A stretch of DNA of 64,000 nucleotides from Thainema sp. (GCA_052168235.1 JBQLZK010000003.1:128001-192000), one strand, 5' to 3'; counted from the first letter of the stretch, positions 1-8,929 are shown. Numbers and translations are program-made. The notes: a model not told the origin generated them from the sequence alone.

Positions 1-51
1 AATCCAAAGGCGCAATTTGTATGATTGAGAGAGATCGCTGTAGGTTGCACC

Positions 52-636
52 GTGATTGCCAATCCTCAATCTAATTACATGTCACCGCAAGACTATCTCG
101 ACTGGGAAGCGACCCAAGAGATTAAGCACGCCTATGTTGATGGTGATGTGTTTGCCATGACGGGGGGCACAGTTGCCCATAACCTAATTGCTGGCAATCT
201 GTTCGCGCTGCTGAAAGCCCATCTGCGGGGCAAGGGCTGTCGAGTTTTTATTGCTGATGTCAAAGTCGAAGTCTCTGAAACTGGACCCTATCACTATCCT
301 GATGTCATGGTCAGTTGCGATCCGCGAGATAACAATGCTGTCAAGCTGATTCGCTATCCCTGCTTAATTGTCGAAGTGCTCTCGCCGAGTACCGCCAATT
401 ACGACCGAGGAGATAAGTTTATGCACTATCGCCAAATTCCGACGGTGCAAGAGTATGTCCTGATTGATGCTCATCAAATCAGCGTTGACCGTTATCGCCG
501 CCTTGCTCCAGATCACTGGGATTTACAAACCTACTCGGCAGATAGCGTGCTTGATTTGACTAGTGTAGACTGGCAAGAGTCGATTGCGCTCCTCTACGAA
601 GATGTGCAGTTTGATCTAGCTGAAGAGTCTTTTTGA
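52..636 (+). CDS. Uma2 family (DUF820) PD-(D/E)XK putative endonuclease
   Basis: Motifs YVDGDVFAMTGGT..HNLI, YPDVMVSC, LIVEVLSPST..YDRGDKF..Y..IPTVQEYVLID; start could be GTG 52 or ATG 79. Confidence 0.92.
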   Translation: MIANPQSNYMSPQDYLDWEATQEIKHAYVDGDVFAMTGGTVAHNLIAGNLFALLKAHLRGKGCRVFIADVKVEVSETGPYHYPDVMVSCDPRDNNAVKLIRYPCLIVEVLSPSTANYDRGDKFMHYRQIPTVQEYVLIDAHQISVDRYRRLAPDHWDLQTYSADSVLDLTSVDWQESIALLYEDVQFDLAEESF

Positions 637-649
637 GCAGTGTTCTATC

Positions 650-682
650 GTCGGTTGGCGTTGAGCAACGCGAAACCCAACA
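650..682 (+). repeat. REP-like extragenic palindrome (GT[A/C]GGTTGG..TTGAGCAA.GCGAAACCC.AC type), copy 1
   Basis: gtcggttggcgttgagcaacgcgaaacccaaca; near-identical copy in inverted orientation at 3909-3940. Confidence 0.7.
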
Positions 683-707
683 TTATTGATGGGAATGTAG
701 TGTGAAT

Positions 708-803
708 GCGATCGCACTTTACCCTTCATCTCATCACTCAAAAGCGCGATCGCACGTCTTCCCCATTCTCATCACTGATCGCACTTCCCCCCACAGATCG
801 CAC
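708..803. repeat. Cluster of HIP1 and HIP1-derived GATCGCAC units
   Basis: GCGATCGC at 708 and 746, GATCGCAC at 777 and 796, with repeated ctcatcact spacers. Confidence 0.6.
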
Positions 804-839
804 TTTCCAAAACTAAACTCACCAATCCAAAATCTAAAA

Positions 840-2267
840 TCACGAAGAGGTTTTGATAGTTTGAACAATTCTCTGAATCAGCGGATGATCGCTGAGGATA
901 GATTCTTGCCCGCTGCTGATCACCTGTTGTACAAAAAACTGCAAGTTCTCCAGCACTGTCCTTGTATGAGGATGTGCGTCTCCCAGCAGCTTAGAAAATA
1001 GCTCAACAGCCTTCACATAGAGCGGTTCGGCTTCCTCATATCTCCCTTGCGACCGATAGAGTCCGGCCAGATTGTTCAAACTGCTCGCCACATCTGGATG
1101 CTGCTCGCCCAGCAGCTGTTTACTCATCGCCAAGGCTTCCACATAGAGCGGTTCGGCTTCCTCATATCTTCCTTGCGACCGATAGAGTCCGGCCAGATTG
1201 TTCAAACTGCTCGCCACATCTGGATGCTGCTCGCCCAGCAGCTGTTTCCTCATCGCCAAGGCTTCCACATAGAGCGGTTCGGCTTCCTCATATCTCCCTT
1301 GCGACCGATAGAGTCCGGCCAGATTGTTCAAACTGCTCGCCACATCTGGATGCTGCTCGCCCAGCAGCTGTTTACTCATCGCCAAGGCTTCCACATAGAG
1401 CGGTTCGGCTTGCGCATATCGCCCTTGCGACTTGTAGAGATAAGCTAACCAATGTAAGCAATCTGCAATTTGAACAGATTCGGTTTCCTGTTGACGAAAT
1501 AGGTTTAGGGCTTTTTGAAAATAGTTAATGGCACGTTGTTGCTCAGCCCGATATTCCTGCGCGCCCCCTTCAATCGTGCGCCAACCGAGAATTTTACCCG
1601 CTTCAAAATAGAGCGAAGCCAGCAGTGGATCATGGGGATTGTTCGTTTCAGTTTGTTCAATTAGCCGTTCCAGATCACTGAGCGGAATTGTCGTTTCCTC
1701 ATCGCCATCCGGCAGTTCCAGCAGCGGTCGAAACGTCTCTAAGTCCTGTGTCGGCACCACCAAGCTACGGCGAGAAGCAAACCGAAAGACGCTTTTGCGC
1801 CAGCTCCAGAAGTCGGGAGCTTTGCGGCTAATTTCCGTGAGGACTTGACTGGTCAGCCAGAGAACAATTGGATAGGGATACTGCCGCAGGGCTTCTCGCG
1901 TCCACTGGAGATAGCCCAGAAATTCCTCCTGCTGAGACTTTTCCGCCCCAAACCGTAGTCGAAACAGTCGATTTGCACCTAAAACGGTAAAAACAGCCAG
2001 TCCGCCCTGCTGGAGATAGTCATCTGCGGCTACTTGGTCAGCTAGGGTGCTCTTGATACTGGGTTTGTCAGGCTGCACTGTGACCCGATATGGTTTGAAC
2101 TGCGGCGCAACCTCCGCTTCGTAGCGGTCAATCAGTTCTGCTTGCAAACTGGCATCATCACACACCGCCAGCAGCAGACTTAATTGGCGATCGCTGTTTT
2201 CAATCGCCACCACCAGGTCATAAAAAGCCGTTTCGTTTTGAGCGTGGATGTCGTCAAGTTGAACCAT
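840..2267 (-). CDS. Tetratricopeptide repeat protein (N-terminal degenerate NTPase-like domain with APDFWSWR motif; C-terminal 42-aa kinesin-light-chain-type TPRs)
   Basis: Repeats of HPDVASSLNNLAGLYRSQGRYEEAEPLYVEALAM; start overlaps the end of the upstream ATPase. Confidence 0.9.
   Translation of the reverse strand: MVQLDDIHAQNETAFYDLVVAIENSDRQLSLLLAVCDDASLQAELIDRYEAEVAPQFKPYRVTVQPDKPSIKSTLADQVAADDYLQQGGLAVFTVLGANRLFRLRFGAEKSQQEEFLGYLQWTREALRQYPYPIVLWLTSQVLTEISRKAPDFWSWRKSVFRFASRRSLVVPTQDLETFRPLLELPDGDEETTIPLSDLERLIEQTETNNPHDPLLASLYFEAGKILGWRTIEGGAQEYRAEQQRAINYFQKALNLFRQQETESVQIADCLHWLAYLYKSQGRYAQAEPLYVEALAMSKQLLGEQHPDVASSLNNLAGLYRSQGRYEEAEPLYVEALAMRKQLLGEQHPDVASSLNNLAGLYRSQGRYEEAEPLYVEALAMSKQLLGEQHPDVASSLNNLAGLYRSQGRYEEAEPLYVKAVELFSKLLGDAHPHTRTVLENLQFFVQQVISSGQESILSDHPLIQRIVQTIKTSS
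1013..1430. repeat. Near-identical 126-bp tandem repeats (about 3.3 units) encoding TPRs
   Basis: cacatagagcggttcggctt... recurs every 126 bp with only a few substitutions. Confidence 0.95.
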
Positions 2268-3579
2268 TGACTAAGCCTTTGCGCCGCAGCAAATCCGTCA
2301 CAATCGGGTGCGTGTCGTACCAAATTTCGGCATTGCGATACTCCAGCGTATGCAGAGCATGTAATAAGTCTAAAAACTTTTGCTCCTTCGGATCATCCGG
2401 TTCAAATTTTTCGTAAACGTTAACCAAGATCTCATAGTCGTTTTTGCCCAGTGGCGTTTCGAAATCGAGCCGTAGATCTTTAATGGCTTCATCCAGAACC
2501 GCTTGGTCGATCCGAATATCGGCAAGCTCTGCCTGCCCTTCTGCCATTGCTAACCGAATTTGCCGCAGACAGATTCGGCAGCAGGTGTTCGCCAAGCGAA
2601 TTAGTTCCCGCAACACACCACCGCTATTGGTCACAATCTGCCGAGCAAGGCCCGATTCCAGCAAATCAGCCGAGATTCGTTTTTCTAGCACATCGCAAAG
2701 GGTCTGAATGGCACTGTCGATGGGCTGTGGATCGGGTTTACGCCGTTCTCCTTTTGCAAACAGCTTGGTGACAGGCATTTCCACGATCTGATTATTCGTC
2801 TCTGTGATCATCATCGCTCGCAGCGTCGCCTCCCGCAGTGCCGCCACTGGAGTTGTAAAGATGATCTGAAATCCAGGTAGGAACAGCGCTTTGATATTTT
2901 GCTTATAAACCTGTTCGACCACGGCTAAATCGATCTTGTCAAGGTCGTCAATAATCACCAGAACTTTCTTGTTGCTAGCGGCCTGAATCGCTGCCGCAAT
3001 CACGTTGATCTGGGCAACCAGTTCTGTAATTTTGCGCTCGAATTCCTGCTTCAGTTCGTTGCGAATCGTCGCTTCTGATTTGAGCTTGCCTTGAATGAGC
3101 TGAAACAGATTAAATCCAACCGAGACTTCAGCGATCGCAGGTGTTTCGATTTCGGTACGAGTTTTAGTCGCAAACCATTTGTAAAACGCTGTTCGAGTTG
3201 TTTCTGGAATTTGAATTCGCTGATGCTCCGCTTCTTGCATCAGGTTAACTGCGATCGCAAATAGAATCGTAATGTGATTCACATCCGACATTTCAATCGT
3301 GTCGGAGATAGAGAAAAACACCACAAACCGATTGCGATCGCGACATTGCTGCCCAAATTTAGCCAGTAGCGTTGACTTGCCGCAGCCGCGATGTCCCGCA
3401 AAGATGATCTTGCCGCTGTCGGTATCGTCGTCTTCTACCAGTTGCTCCAGTTCCAGTAGCACATGCTTGCCATATTCCACCCGAAACCGCTCCATCTCTG
3501 TCTGATGAATCAGCGGTAGCAAATCTAGATTGCGATACGCTTCACGAAATGCCTCTAAGCGTTCATTGGACGGGGACAT
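2254..3579 (-). CDS. P-loop ATPase (AAA/STAND-like)
   Basis: Walker A GHRGCGKST, Walker B VLVIIDDLDK, SGGVLRELIRL motif, C-terminal WYDTHP. Confidence 0.9.
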   Translation of the reverse strand: MSPSNERLEAFREAYRNLDLLPLIHQTEMERFRVEYGKHVLLELEQLVEDDDTDSGKIIFAGHRGCGKSTLLAKFGQQCRDRNRFVVFFSISDTIEMSDVNHITILFAIAVNLMQEAEHQRIQIPETTRTAFYKWFATKTRTEIETPAIAEVSVGFNLFQLIQGKLKSEATIRNELKQEFERKITELVAQINVIAAAIQAASNKKVLVIIDDLDKIDLAVVEQVYKQNIKALFLPGFQIIFTTPVAALREATLRAMMITETNNQIVEMPVTKLFAKGERRKPDPQPIDSAIQTLCDVLEKRISADLLESGLARQIVTNSGGVLRELIRLANTCCRICLRQIRLAMAEGQAELADIRIDQAVLDEAIKDLRLDFETPLGKNDYEILVNVYEKFEPDDPKEQKFLDLLHALHTLEYRNAEIWYDTHPIVTDLLRRKGLVNGST

Positions 3580-3589
3580 GGCTCAAAAA

Positions 3590-3892
3590 TCACGACGGCT
3601 CACTGATTGTAATCTTACTTGCTGTAGCGGCTTCCGAGATCCCTGCAATCATTTCCAAGCAGTCTGTTGTTGTTACAGAGAAGTCCGTTATCGCAACAGA
3701 CTTCCCTGTTGTCGTTCCCGACAAGTCTGCAACGCTTCCCGACAAGTCTGTTCTTGTTGCAGAGAAGTCTGCAACGCCTCCCGACAAGTCTGCAACCCTA
3801 ACAGACTTCCCTGTTGTTGCTCCCGACAAGTCTGCAACGCTTCCCGACATCTCTGCAACGCTTTTCAGGTGGATGTCGAGCTGGCGAGACAC
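3590..3892 (-). CDS. Possible heptad-repeat small protein (SVADLSG-type repeats); coding status uncertain
   Basis: GTG start; stop lies 10 bp upstream of the ATPase ATG; two + frames are also open across the array. Confidence 0.3.
   Translation of the reverse strand: MSRQLDIHLKSVAEMSGSVADLSGATTGKSVRVADLSGGVADFSATRTDLSGSVADLSGTTTGKSVAITDFSVTTTDCLEMIAGISEAATASKITISEPS
3634..3864. repeat. Degenerate tandem array, 11 x 21 bp (consensus ~CCGACAAGTCTGCAACGCTTC)
   Basis: Exact 21-bp periodicity with no indels; positions 1, 4, 10 and 12 invariant in all 11 units. Confidence 0.95.
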
Positions 3893-3908
3893 AACAACTT
3901 TGGTTCAT

Positions 3909-3940
3909 CGTCGGGTTTCGCATTGCTCAATCCAACCTAC
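3909..3940 (-). repeat. REP-like extragenic palindrome, copy 2
   Basis: Reverse complement is gtaggttggattgagcaatgcgaaacccgacg, matching 650-682. Confidence 0.7.
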
Positions 3941-4186
3941 ATCGCTAAACCCCAAAACCACAATTGCTACATCCCAAAATATTCCTTCTCCGTATTCAAA
4001 CCAGCTCAACGCCCCATATTCAACAAACCTTTGCAATATTACCAACCCCGATTCTGTACTCCTCCAGACGGCATTTCCAACCCCCAAGGCTACCTTAGAG
4101 AAATCACATCGCCAAAGTCAGCCAGCCCTTGAACTGACTGGCAAACAGCGACTGTGACACAACCTATCCATCAGGAACCATCTACT

Positions 4187-4573
4187 ATGAGTTACCAAAA
4201 ACGTAAATCCACCCGCATCCTCGAACGGGCCGAAATGCGCGCCGCCGGACTCGCCGCCATCGACCCCGATCTCGACCTCGGTGACGGTCGCACCCTCAGC
4301 CACCTGAACGAGCAAATCGCCCAGCTACAGGCCCAAATCAACACCTACAACACCGCCCTCGCCGAAATCGACACCATCCGCAGCAGCATCCAAGACCGCG
4401 AGAAAAAACTCAGCGACCTCTCCGCCCAAATGCTGCTCGGCGTCGCCTTCCAATACGGCAAAGACAGCCCCGAATATCAGATGGCAGGCGGTGTAAAAAG
4501 TAGCGATCGCAAACGCCGCAACCCCACACCCCGCCCCAAACCCGACAACACAACCCTACCCGCAGCAATGTAA
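4187..4573 (+). CDS. Conserved hypothetical alpha-helical/coiled-coil protein (GVAFQYGKDSPEYQMAGGV motif, basic termini)
   Basis: AGGA about 10 nt upstream of ATG 4187; strongly biased third codon positions; amphipathic helices. Confidence 0.85.
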   Translation: MSYQKRKSTRILERAEMRAAGLAAIDPDLDLGDGRTLSHLNEQIAQLQAQINTYNTALAEIDTIRSSIQDREKKLSDLSAQMLLGVAFQYGKDSPEYQMAGGVKSSDRKRRNPTPRPKPDNTTLPAAM

Positions 4574-4578
4574 AGTAC

Positions 4579-4606
4579 GTAGGGGCGAATGGCCATTCGC
4601 CCCTAC
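4579..4606. repeat. GTAG-type REP, perfect 28-bp palindrome
   Basis: gtaggggcgaatggccattcgcccctac; identical copy at 52866-52893; both lie between convergent genes. Confidence 0.9.
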
Positions 4607-4613
4607 CAGGTAA

Positions 4614-6791
4614 TCACAAATCCAACAACCCATACCGCTCCTGCAACCCATACAGCCGCTGCCGCACCTCGCCCGCATTCGTCGCCAAATCGGCAAACTC
4701 CGCCACCCGAATCAGCTCCTTACGCAGCAGATTACGCTCCGTCGCCAGCGTCTTGCGATCAAAATCCGGCGGCACCACAATCATGTCAAACAGTTCTGCC
4801 CGATCCTTACCCGCAGCCGGACGCAGAATCCGGCCTCGACGCTGGACAAACTGACGCGGATTGCTGCTGCTGGCCAGAATAATTGCCGTGCGCGTCGCCG
4901 GAATATCCACCCCTTCATCCAAACAGCGAATCGCCACCACTCCCGGCAGCAGTCCCGCCGCAAACGTATAGCGCAGATCCTCCCGCTCATCCAGCGTCGT
5001 CTCCGCCGTGTAGGACTTGGCCTGAAAACCCAGTTCCTGGTTCAAAATCTGCATCACCGCATCCAATTGGCGCACGCTGTCATCGGTTGCCTCGTCGCGC
5101 ACCGCCCCATCGTCGCAGTAGAACAGCGTATGGGTCGTCTCTAGCCGCTGCCGCATCAACTCACGCAGCACGTCCAGCTTATTCACCGCCGAGCCGAGCA
5201 GGTGCGATCGCTGTGTGACCAGAGCCGTCAGCTTGGCGCTTTCCTCCGCGTCATCCATCGCCAGCAGTTGCATAATCCGCATGGTCAGCTTCTTATACTG
5301 CTCCGCTTCCCGGTCAGTCAGCTCCACCAGCAGCGGATGGTAGGAATAGGGCACCAGCGCCCCGGCTGCGATCGCATCTTTCAGCGTAAATTCGGGTTGA
5401 ATCACCGAGCCGAAATAGTCGAACAGCCGCTCGGTGCCTTCTTCGTCAAAGTAGCGCTCCGGCGTAGCCGACAGAGCCAAACGAAAGGGAACATGGGCAG
5501 GTAAGCTCTGCTCCAGATGCTGGGCACCCAGGTTATGCGCTTCGTCGCCGATAATTAGCGTCCGTTTCGGAAAGAAATCCAGCACCGCCTGGAAGCTGTC
5601 GCCCCGCAGCGTCGAGTTGGTGGTGATCACCGCGATAAAGTCTCGCTGCTGCCGCTTCAGGGCAATCAGTTGCGCTTGCAGTTCCGTCTGCCAGGTGTAG
5701 GCGCGGTCGAAGGCCAGAATCGGCTCAAGCTGAAACTGCCGACAGTTGGCGGCCCACTGCGTCACCAAATGACGATAGGGACAAATGATGATCAGCGCTT
5801 GCAGAGGCTGCTGCTGGTCGGCACTTTTGCGGTAGAGAGCAGCTGCGATCGCAAGTGCCGTGATCGTCTTGCCGCTGCCCGTGGCCATTTTCAGCGTGCC
5901 GCGTCCTTTATTTTGAAACCAATTTGCGATCGCGTCTTCTTGGTACCAGCGCAGATTCAGGTTCGGTGGCAGCAGGGGGAAGTGAGGTTCGGGCGGTAGC
6001 AGGTCAAGGGATAGGGGTTGATGGTTGATGGTGGATTGGTCGGGATTGGTGGCGGTTTTAGGGTTGGATTGGGTCGTGGTGCGGGACTTTTGCTCAACGG
6101 GTTCCTTGTGGGGTGGTCGGTTGGGGCACAACTTTAGCAGCGAACGCGATACCGCTTCTGGAAAGGCGAGAACTTCTACATTTTGGGTGCGGTTATGCCA
6201 TAAATCCTGAAAATGCTGGACCTTTCGAAAGGCTCGCTGCTGCACACCCTTGTCCCAGGACGGATAGACTTCAATGCATTCAAAGTTGTCGATCAGGGCG
6301 CTGGCGCTTTCGTTGGCTGAGCCAGTGAAGGCAATTACGTTGCCCGCTTCGTCGGCAAAGATGCCCAGCTTCTCGTGATAAATACCCTGCTGACGCAGCG
6401 TTTTGGGCACCGCTAGTTTAATTTCCAGCAGTCCCTGACTGAGCAGCCAGGTCAGTGCCGCCAGCCGATCCTGCACCAGTTGCGGCAGTTCTGTCTCCAG
6501 TTCACGCAGCAGCGCCGTGGTGAACACTTGCTCCCGCTGCTCCAGTCCCTGCTCAATCGCCTGGACATCTTCAGCAGATAGCTTGGGCGACGTAACCAGC
6601 CGCATCTGCCCACCGGAACGGATAAACGCGGTCAATCCTGCCGCCACGGCTGACATGGAGGTGCTGGAGAAAAAGCCAACGGCTCGGTCATAAACCGTCG
6701 CTCGCTCCAGACAGGGAATGTAGAAGTCCTGAATCAGATCATCGCGATCGCTACGATATTCATCCTGAATCGTTAGATCTTGCAGACTCAA
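4614..6791 (-). CDS. PLD-like nuclease + SF2 (type III Res-like) helicase; resembles the DNA-phosphorothioation-associated restriction helicase family
   Basis: N-terminal YDRAVGFFSS and HEKLGIF...GSANES (HxK PLD motif); MATGSGKT, GDEAH, LSATPER, LDEGVDIP, QRRGRILR. Confidence 0.85.
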   Translation of the reverse strand: MSLQDLTIQDEYRSDRDDLIQDFYIPCLERATVYDRAVGFFSSTSMSAVAAGLTAFIRSGGQMRLVTSPKLSAEDVQAIEQGLEQREQVFTTALLRELETELPQLVQDRLAALTWLLSQGLLEIKLAVPKTLRQQGIYHEKLGIFADEAGNVIAFTGSANESASALIDNFECIEVYPSWDKGVQQRAFRKVQHFQDLWHNRTQNVEVLAFPEAVSRSLLKLCPNRPPHKEPVEQKSRTTTQSNPKTATNPDQSTINHQPLSLDLLPPEPHFPLLPPNLNLRWYQEDAIANWFQNKGRGTLKMATGSGKTITALAIAAALYRKSADQQQPLQALIIICPYRHLVTQWAANCRQFQLEPILAFDRAYTWQTELQAQLIALKRQQRDFIAVITTNSTLRGDSFQAVLDFFPKRTLIIGDEAHNLGAQHLEQSLPAHVPFRLALSATPERYFDEEGTERLFDYFGSVIQPEFTLKDAIAAGALVPYSYHPLLVELTDREAEQYKKLTMRIMQLLAMDDAEESAKLTALVTQRSHLLGSAVNKLDVLRELMRQRLETTHTLFYCDDGAVRDEATDDSVRQLDAVMQILNQELGFQAKSYTAETTLDEREDLRYTFAAGLLPGVVAIRCLDEGVDIPATRTAIILASSSNPRQFVQRRGRILRPAAGKDRAELFDMIVVPPDFDRKTLATERNLLRKELIRVAEFADLATNAGEVRQRLYGLQERYGLLDL

Positions 6792-6873
6792 GTCAAACTC
6801 CTTTTATCCGCCTAAAACAGCCCATCAATATTAAAATCTATAAAGCAAATCAGTAAAAAAGAGAAAAGCCAGC

Positions 6874-8343
6874 ATGCGAGTTGCGATCGTTGGAGCCGGA
6901 TTAGCGGGTCTGTCTGCCGCCGTTGAACTAGTCGATGCCGGACATGAGGTGGAAATATTTGAATCTCGTCCCTTTGTTGGCGGCAAAGTGGGCAGTTGGG
7001 TCGATGGCGATGGCAACCATATTGAAATGGGTTTGCATGTCTTTTTCGGCTGCTACTACAATCTGTTTGCCCTAATGCAAAAGATCGGCACGTTCGACTC
7101 CCTGCTGCAAAAAGATCACGTTCACACCTTCGTGAATCGGGGTGGACAAACCGGGGCTTTAGACTTCCGCTTCATCACAGGCGCACCGTTCAACGGGTTA
7201 AAGGCATTTTTCACCACCAATCAGCTTTCGCTCCAGGATAAGCTGCAAAACTCGCTAGCCCTCGGTACCAGTCCTCTAGTGCGCGGCCTGATTGACTTCA
7301 ACGGCGCGATGAAGACGATTCGCAATCTGGACGACATCAGCTTTGCCGACTGGTTCCGCAGCCACGGCGGTTCCAACGGCAGCCTCAAGCGCATGTGGAA
7401 TCCAATTGCCTACGCGCTGGGCTTTATCGATACTGAAAATATTTCGGCTCGCTGTATGCTGACCATCTTCCAGTTCTTCGCCGCCAAGACCGAGGCGTCG
7501 GTGCTGCGGATGCTAGAAGGATCGCCCTACGAGTATATTCACAAACCGATTCTGGACTACCTGGCCGAACGGGGTGGCCAAGTTCATACCCGTCGCGGCG
7601 TTCGCGAGATTACCTTCGCCGAAGAGAACGGCCAAACTCGCGTCACCGGACTGCAAGTTGCCAACGGCGATCGCACTGAAACAATCACTGCCGATGCTTA
7701 CCTCTGTGCCTGCGATGTGCCCGGCGTGCAGCGTCTCCTGCCTAACACTTGGCGCAAGTGGCCGCAGTTCGACAATATTTACAAGCTGGAAGCCGTCCCC
7801 GTTGCCACGGTTCAGCTCCGCTTCGATGGCTGGGTGACAGAGCTGCAGAACGACGAAAAGCGCCGTCAGCTCGGACAAGCCGCAGGGTTAGACAACTTAC
7901 TCTATACGCCCGATGCCGATTTCTCCTGCTTTGCCGATCTGGCATTGACCAGTCCCAGCGACTACTACCGGGAAGGCCAGGGTTCCCTCATGCAGCTGGT
8001 GCTGACTCCTGGCGATCCGTTTATTAAAGAAAGCAACGATGCGATCGCACAGCACGTGCTCAAACAGGTACATGATCTATTCCCGTCGTCGCGCGATCTG
8101 AACATGACCTGGTACAGTGTGGTCAAGCTGGCCCAGTCCCTGTACCGTGAAGCACCCGGTATGGAACCCTATCGTCCGGCCCAAAAAACACCAGTTGATA
8201 ACTTTTTCCTAGCCGGAAGCTACACACAGCAGGACTACATCGATAGTATGGAAGGAGCGGTGATCTCTGGCAAACAGGCCGCCTACGTCATGCTGGAGCC
8301 GACAGGCTACCGTGTCCAAGGCGCAGGTTTATTCAAGTACTAA
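6874..8343 (+). CDS. zds: 9,9'-di-cis-zeta-carotene desaturase
   Basis: [55 protein letters not shown]. Confidence 0.96.
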   Translation: MRVAIVGAGLAGLSAAVELVDAGHEVEIFESRPFVGGKVGSWVDGDGNHIEMGLHVFFGCYYNLFALMQKIGTFDSLLQKDHVHTFVNRGGQTGALDFRFITGAPFNGLKAFFTTNQLSLQDKLQNSLALGTSPLVRGLIDFNGAMKTIRNLDDISFADWFRSHGGSNGSLKRMWNPIAYALGFIDTENISARCMLTIFQFFAAKTEASVLRMLEGSPYEYIHKPILDYLAERGGQVHTRRGVREITFAEENGQTRVTGLQVANGDRTETITADAYLCACDVPGVQRLLPNTWRKWPQFDNIYKLEAVPVATVQLRFDGWVTELQNDEKRRQLGQAAGLDNLLYTPDADFSCFADLALTSPSDYYREGQGSLMQLVLTPGDPFIKESNDAIAQHVLKQVHDLFPSSRDLNMTWYSVVKLAQSLYREAPGMEPYRPAQKTPVDNFFLAGSYTQQDYIDSMEGAVISGKQAAYVMLEPTGYRVQGAGLFKY

Positions 8344-8365
8344 TCAAACCTTTCTAAGTTCTATG

Positions 8366-8442
8366 TTTTGAATGTTGAGTTTTGAATGTTGAATTAACCG
8401 TCAACTATGAACTCAAAACTCAAAACTGAGAACTCAAAACTC
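8366..8442. repeat. STRR-like heptamer repeats (TTTTGAG/AACTCAA) in inverted arrangement
   Basis: ttttgaatgttgagttttgaatgttgaatt ... aactcaaaactcaaaactgagaactcaaaactc. Confidence 0.75.
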
Positions 8443-8479
8443 GCACAGCTCAACTGACTCTAATACCTACCAACCACTT

Positions 8480-8929
8480 ATGGCAGACTGGCTCGAACAT
8501 ACCGTCCAAATTGAGGTCGATGTCCCGATCGAACTGGCGTGGGAACTGTGGTCAGACCTGGAGCAAATGCCGCGCTGGATGAAGTGGATCGAGTCGGTAG
8601 AGGTGCTGCAAGATGATCCAGAACTGTCGCGCTGGAAGTTAGCATCCACGGGCTTTGAGTTTAGCTGGCTCTCGCGAATTCTGAAGGTTGTACCGCAGCA
8701 GATTATCCAGTGGGAGTCCGTCGATGGCTTACCTAATCGCGGTGCCATCCGATTCTACGATCGCAAAGGCAGCAGCATCGTCAAACTCAGCGCCGCCTAC
8801 GCCATTCCGGGCGTGATCGGCAAAATCATGGACAATCTCTTCCTCGGTCGCGTTGTTGAAGGTACTCTCAAAGCGGATTTAGAGCGGTTCCGCGACTACG
8901 CAATGCAGGCCAAAGCCAACGCCACATAA
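8480..8929 (+). CDS. SRPBCC/polyketide cyclase-like (START fold) protein
   Basis: WLEHTVQIEV..WSDLEQMPRWMKWI..GLPNRGAIRF; usual neighbour of zds in cyanobacteria. Confidence 0.9.
   Translation: MADWLEHTVQIEVDVPIELAWELWSDLEQMPRWMKWIESVEVLQDDPELSRWKLASTGFEFSWLSRILKVVPQQIIQWESVDGLPNRGAIRFYDRKGSSIVKLSAAYAIPGVIGKIMDNLFLGRVVEGTLKADLERFRDYAMQAKANAT

Noticed and set aside
1047..1448. Repetitive 133-aa + strand ORF
   Set aside because: Antisense shadow of the TPR repeats.
3634..3864. CRISPR array
   Set aside because: Contiguous 21-bp units with no unique spacers, and no cas genes in the window.
3530..4157. Two long + strand ORFs (Cys/Arg-rich and PDKSATL-type)
   Set aside because: They overlap the ATPase start and run through a REP, and openness is largely explained by the repeat. 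Not called as CDS, though the PDKSATL frame cannot be fully excluded.
1013..4573. Diversity-generating retroelement (TR/VR) explanation for the repeats
   Set aside because: No reverse transcriptase in the window and the differences are not adenine-specific.
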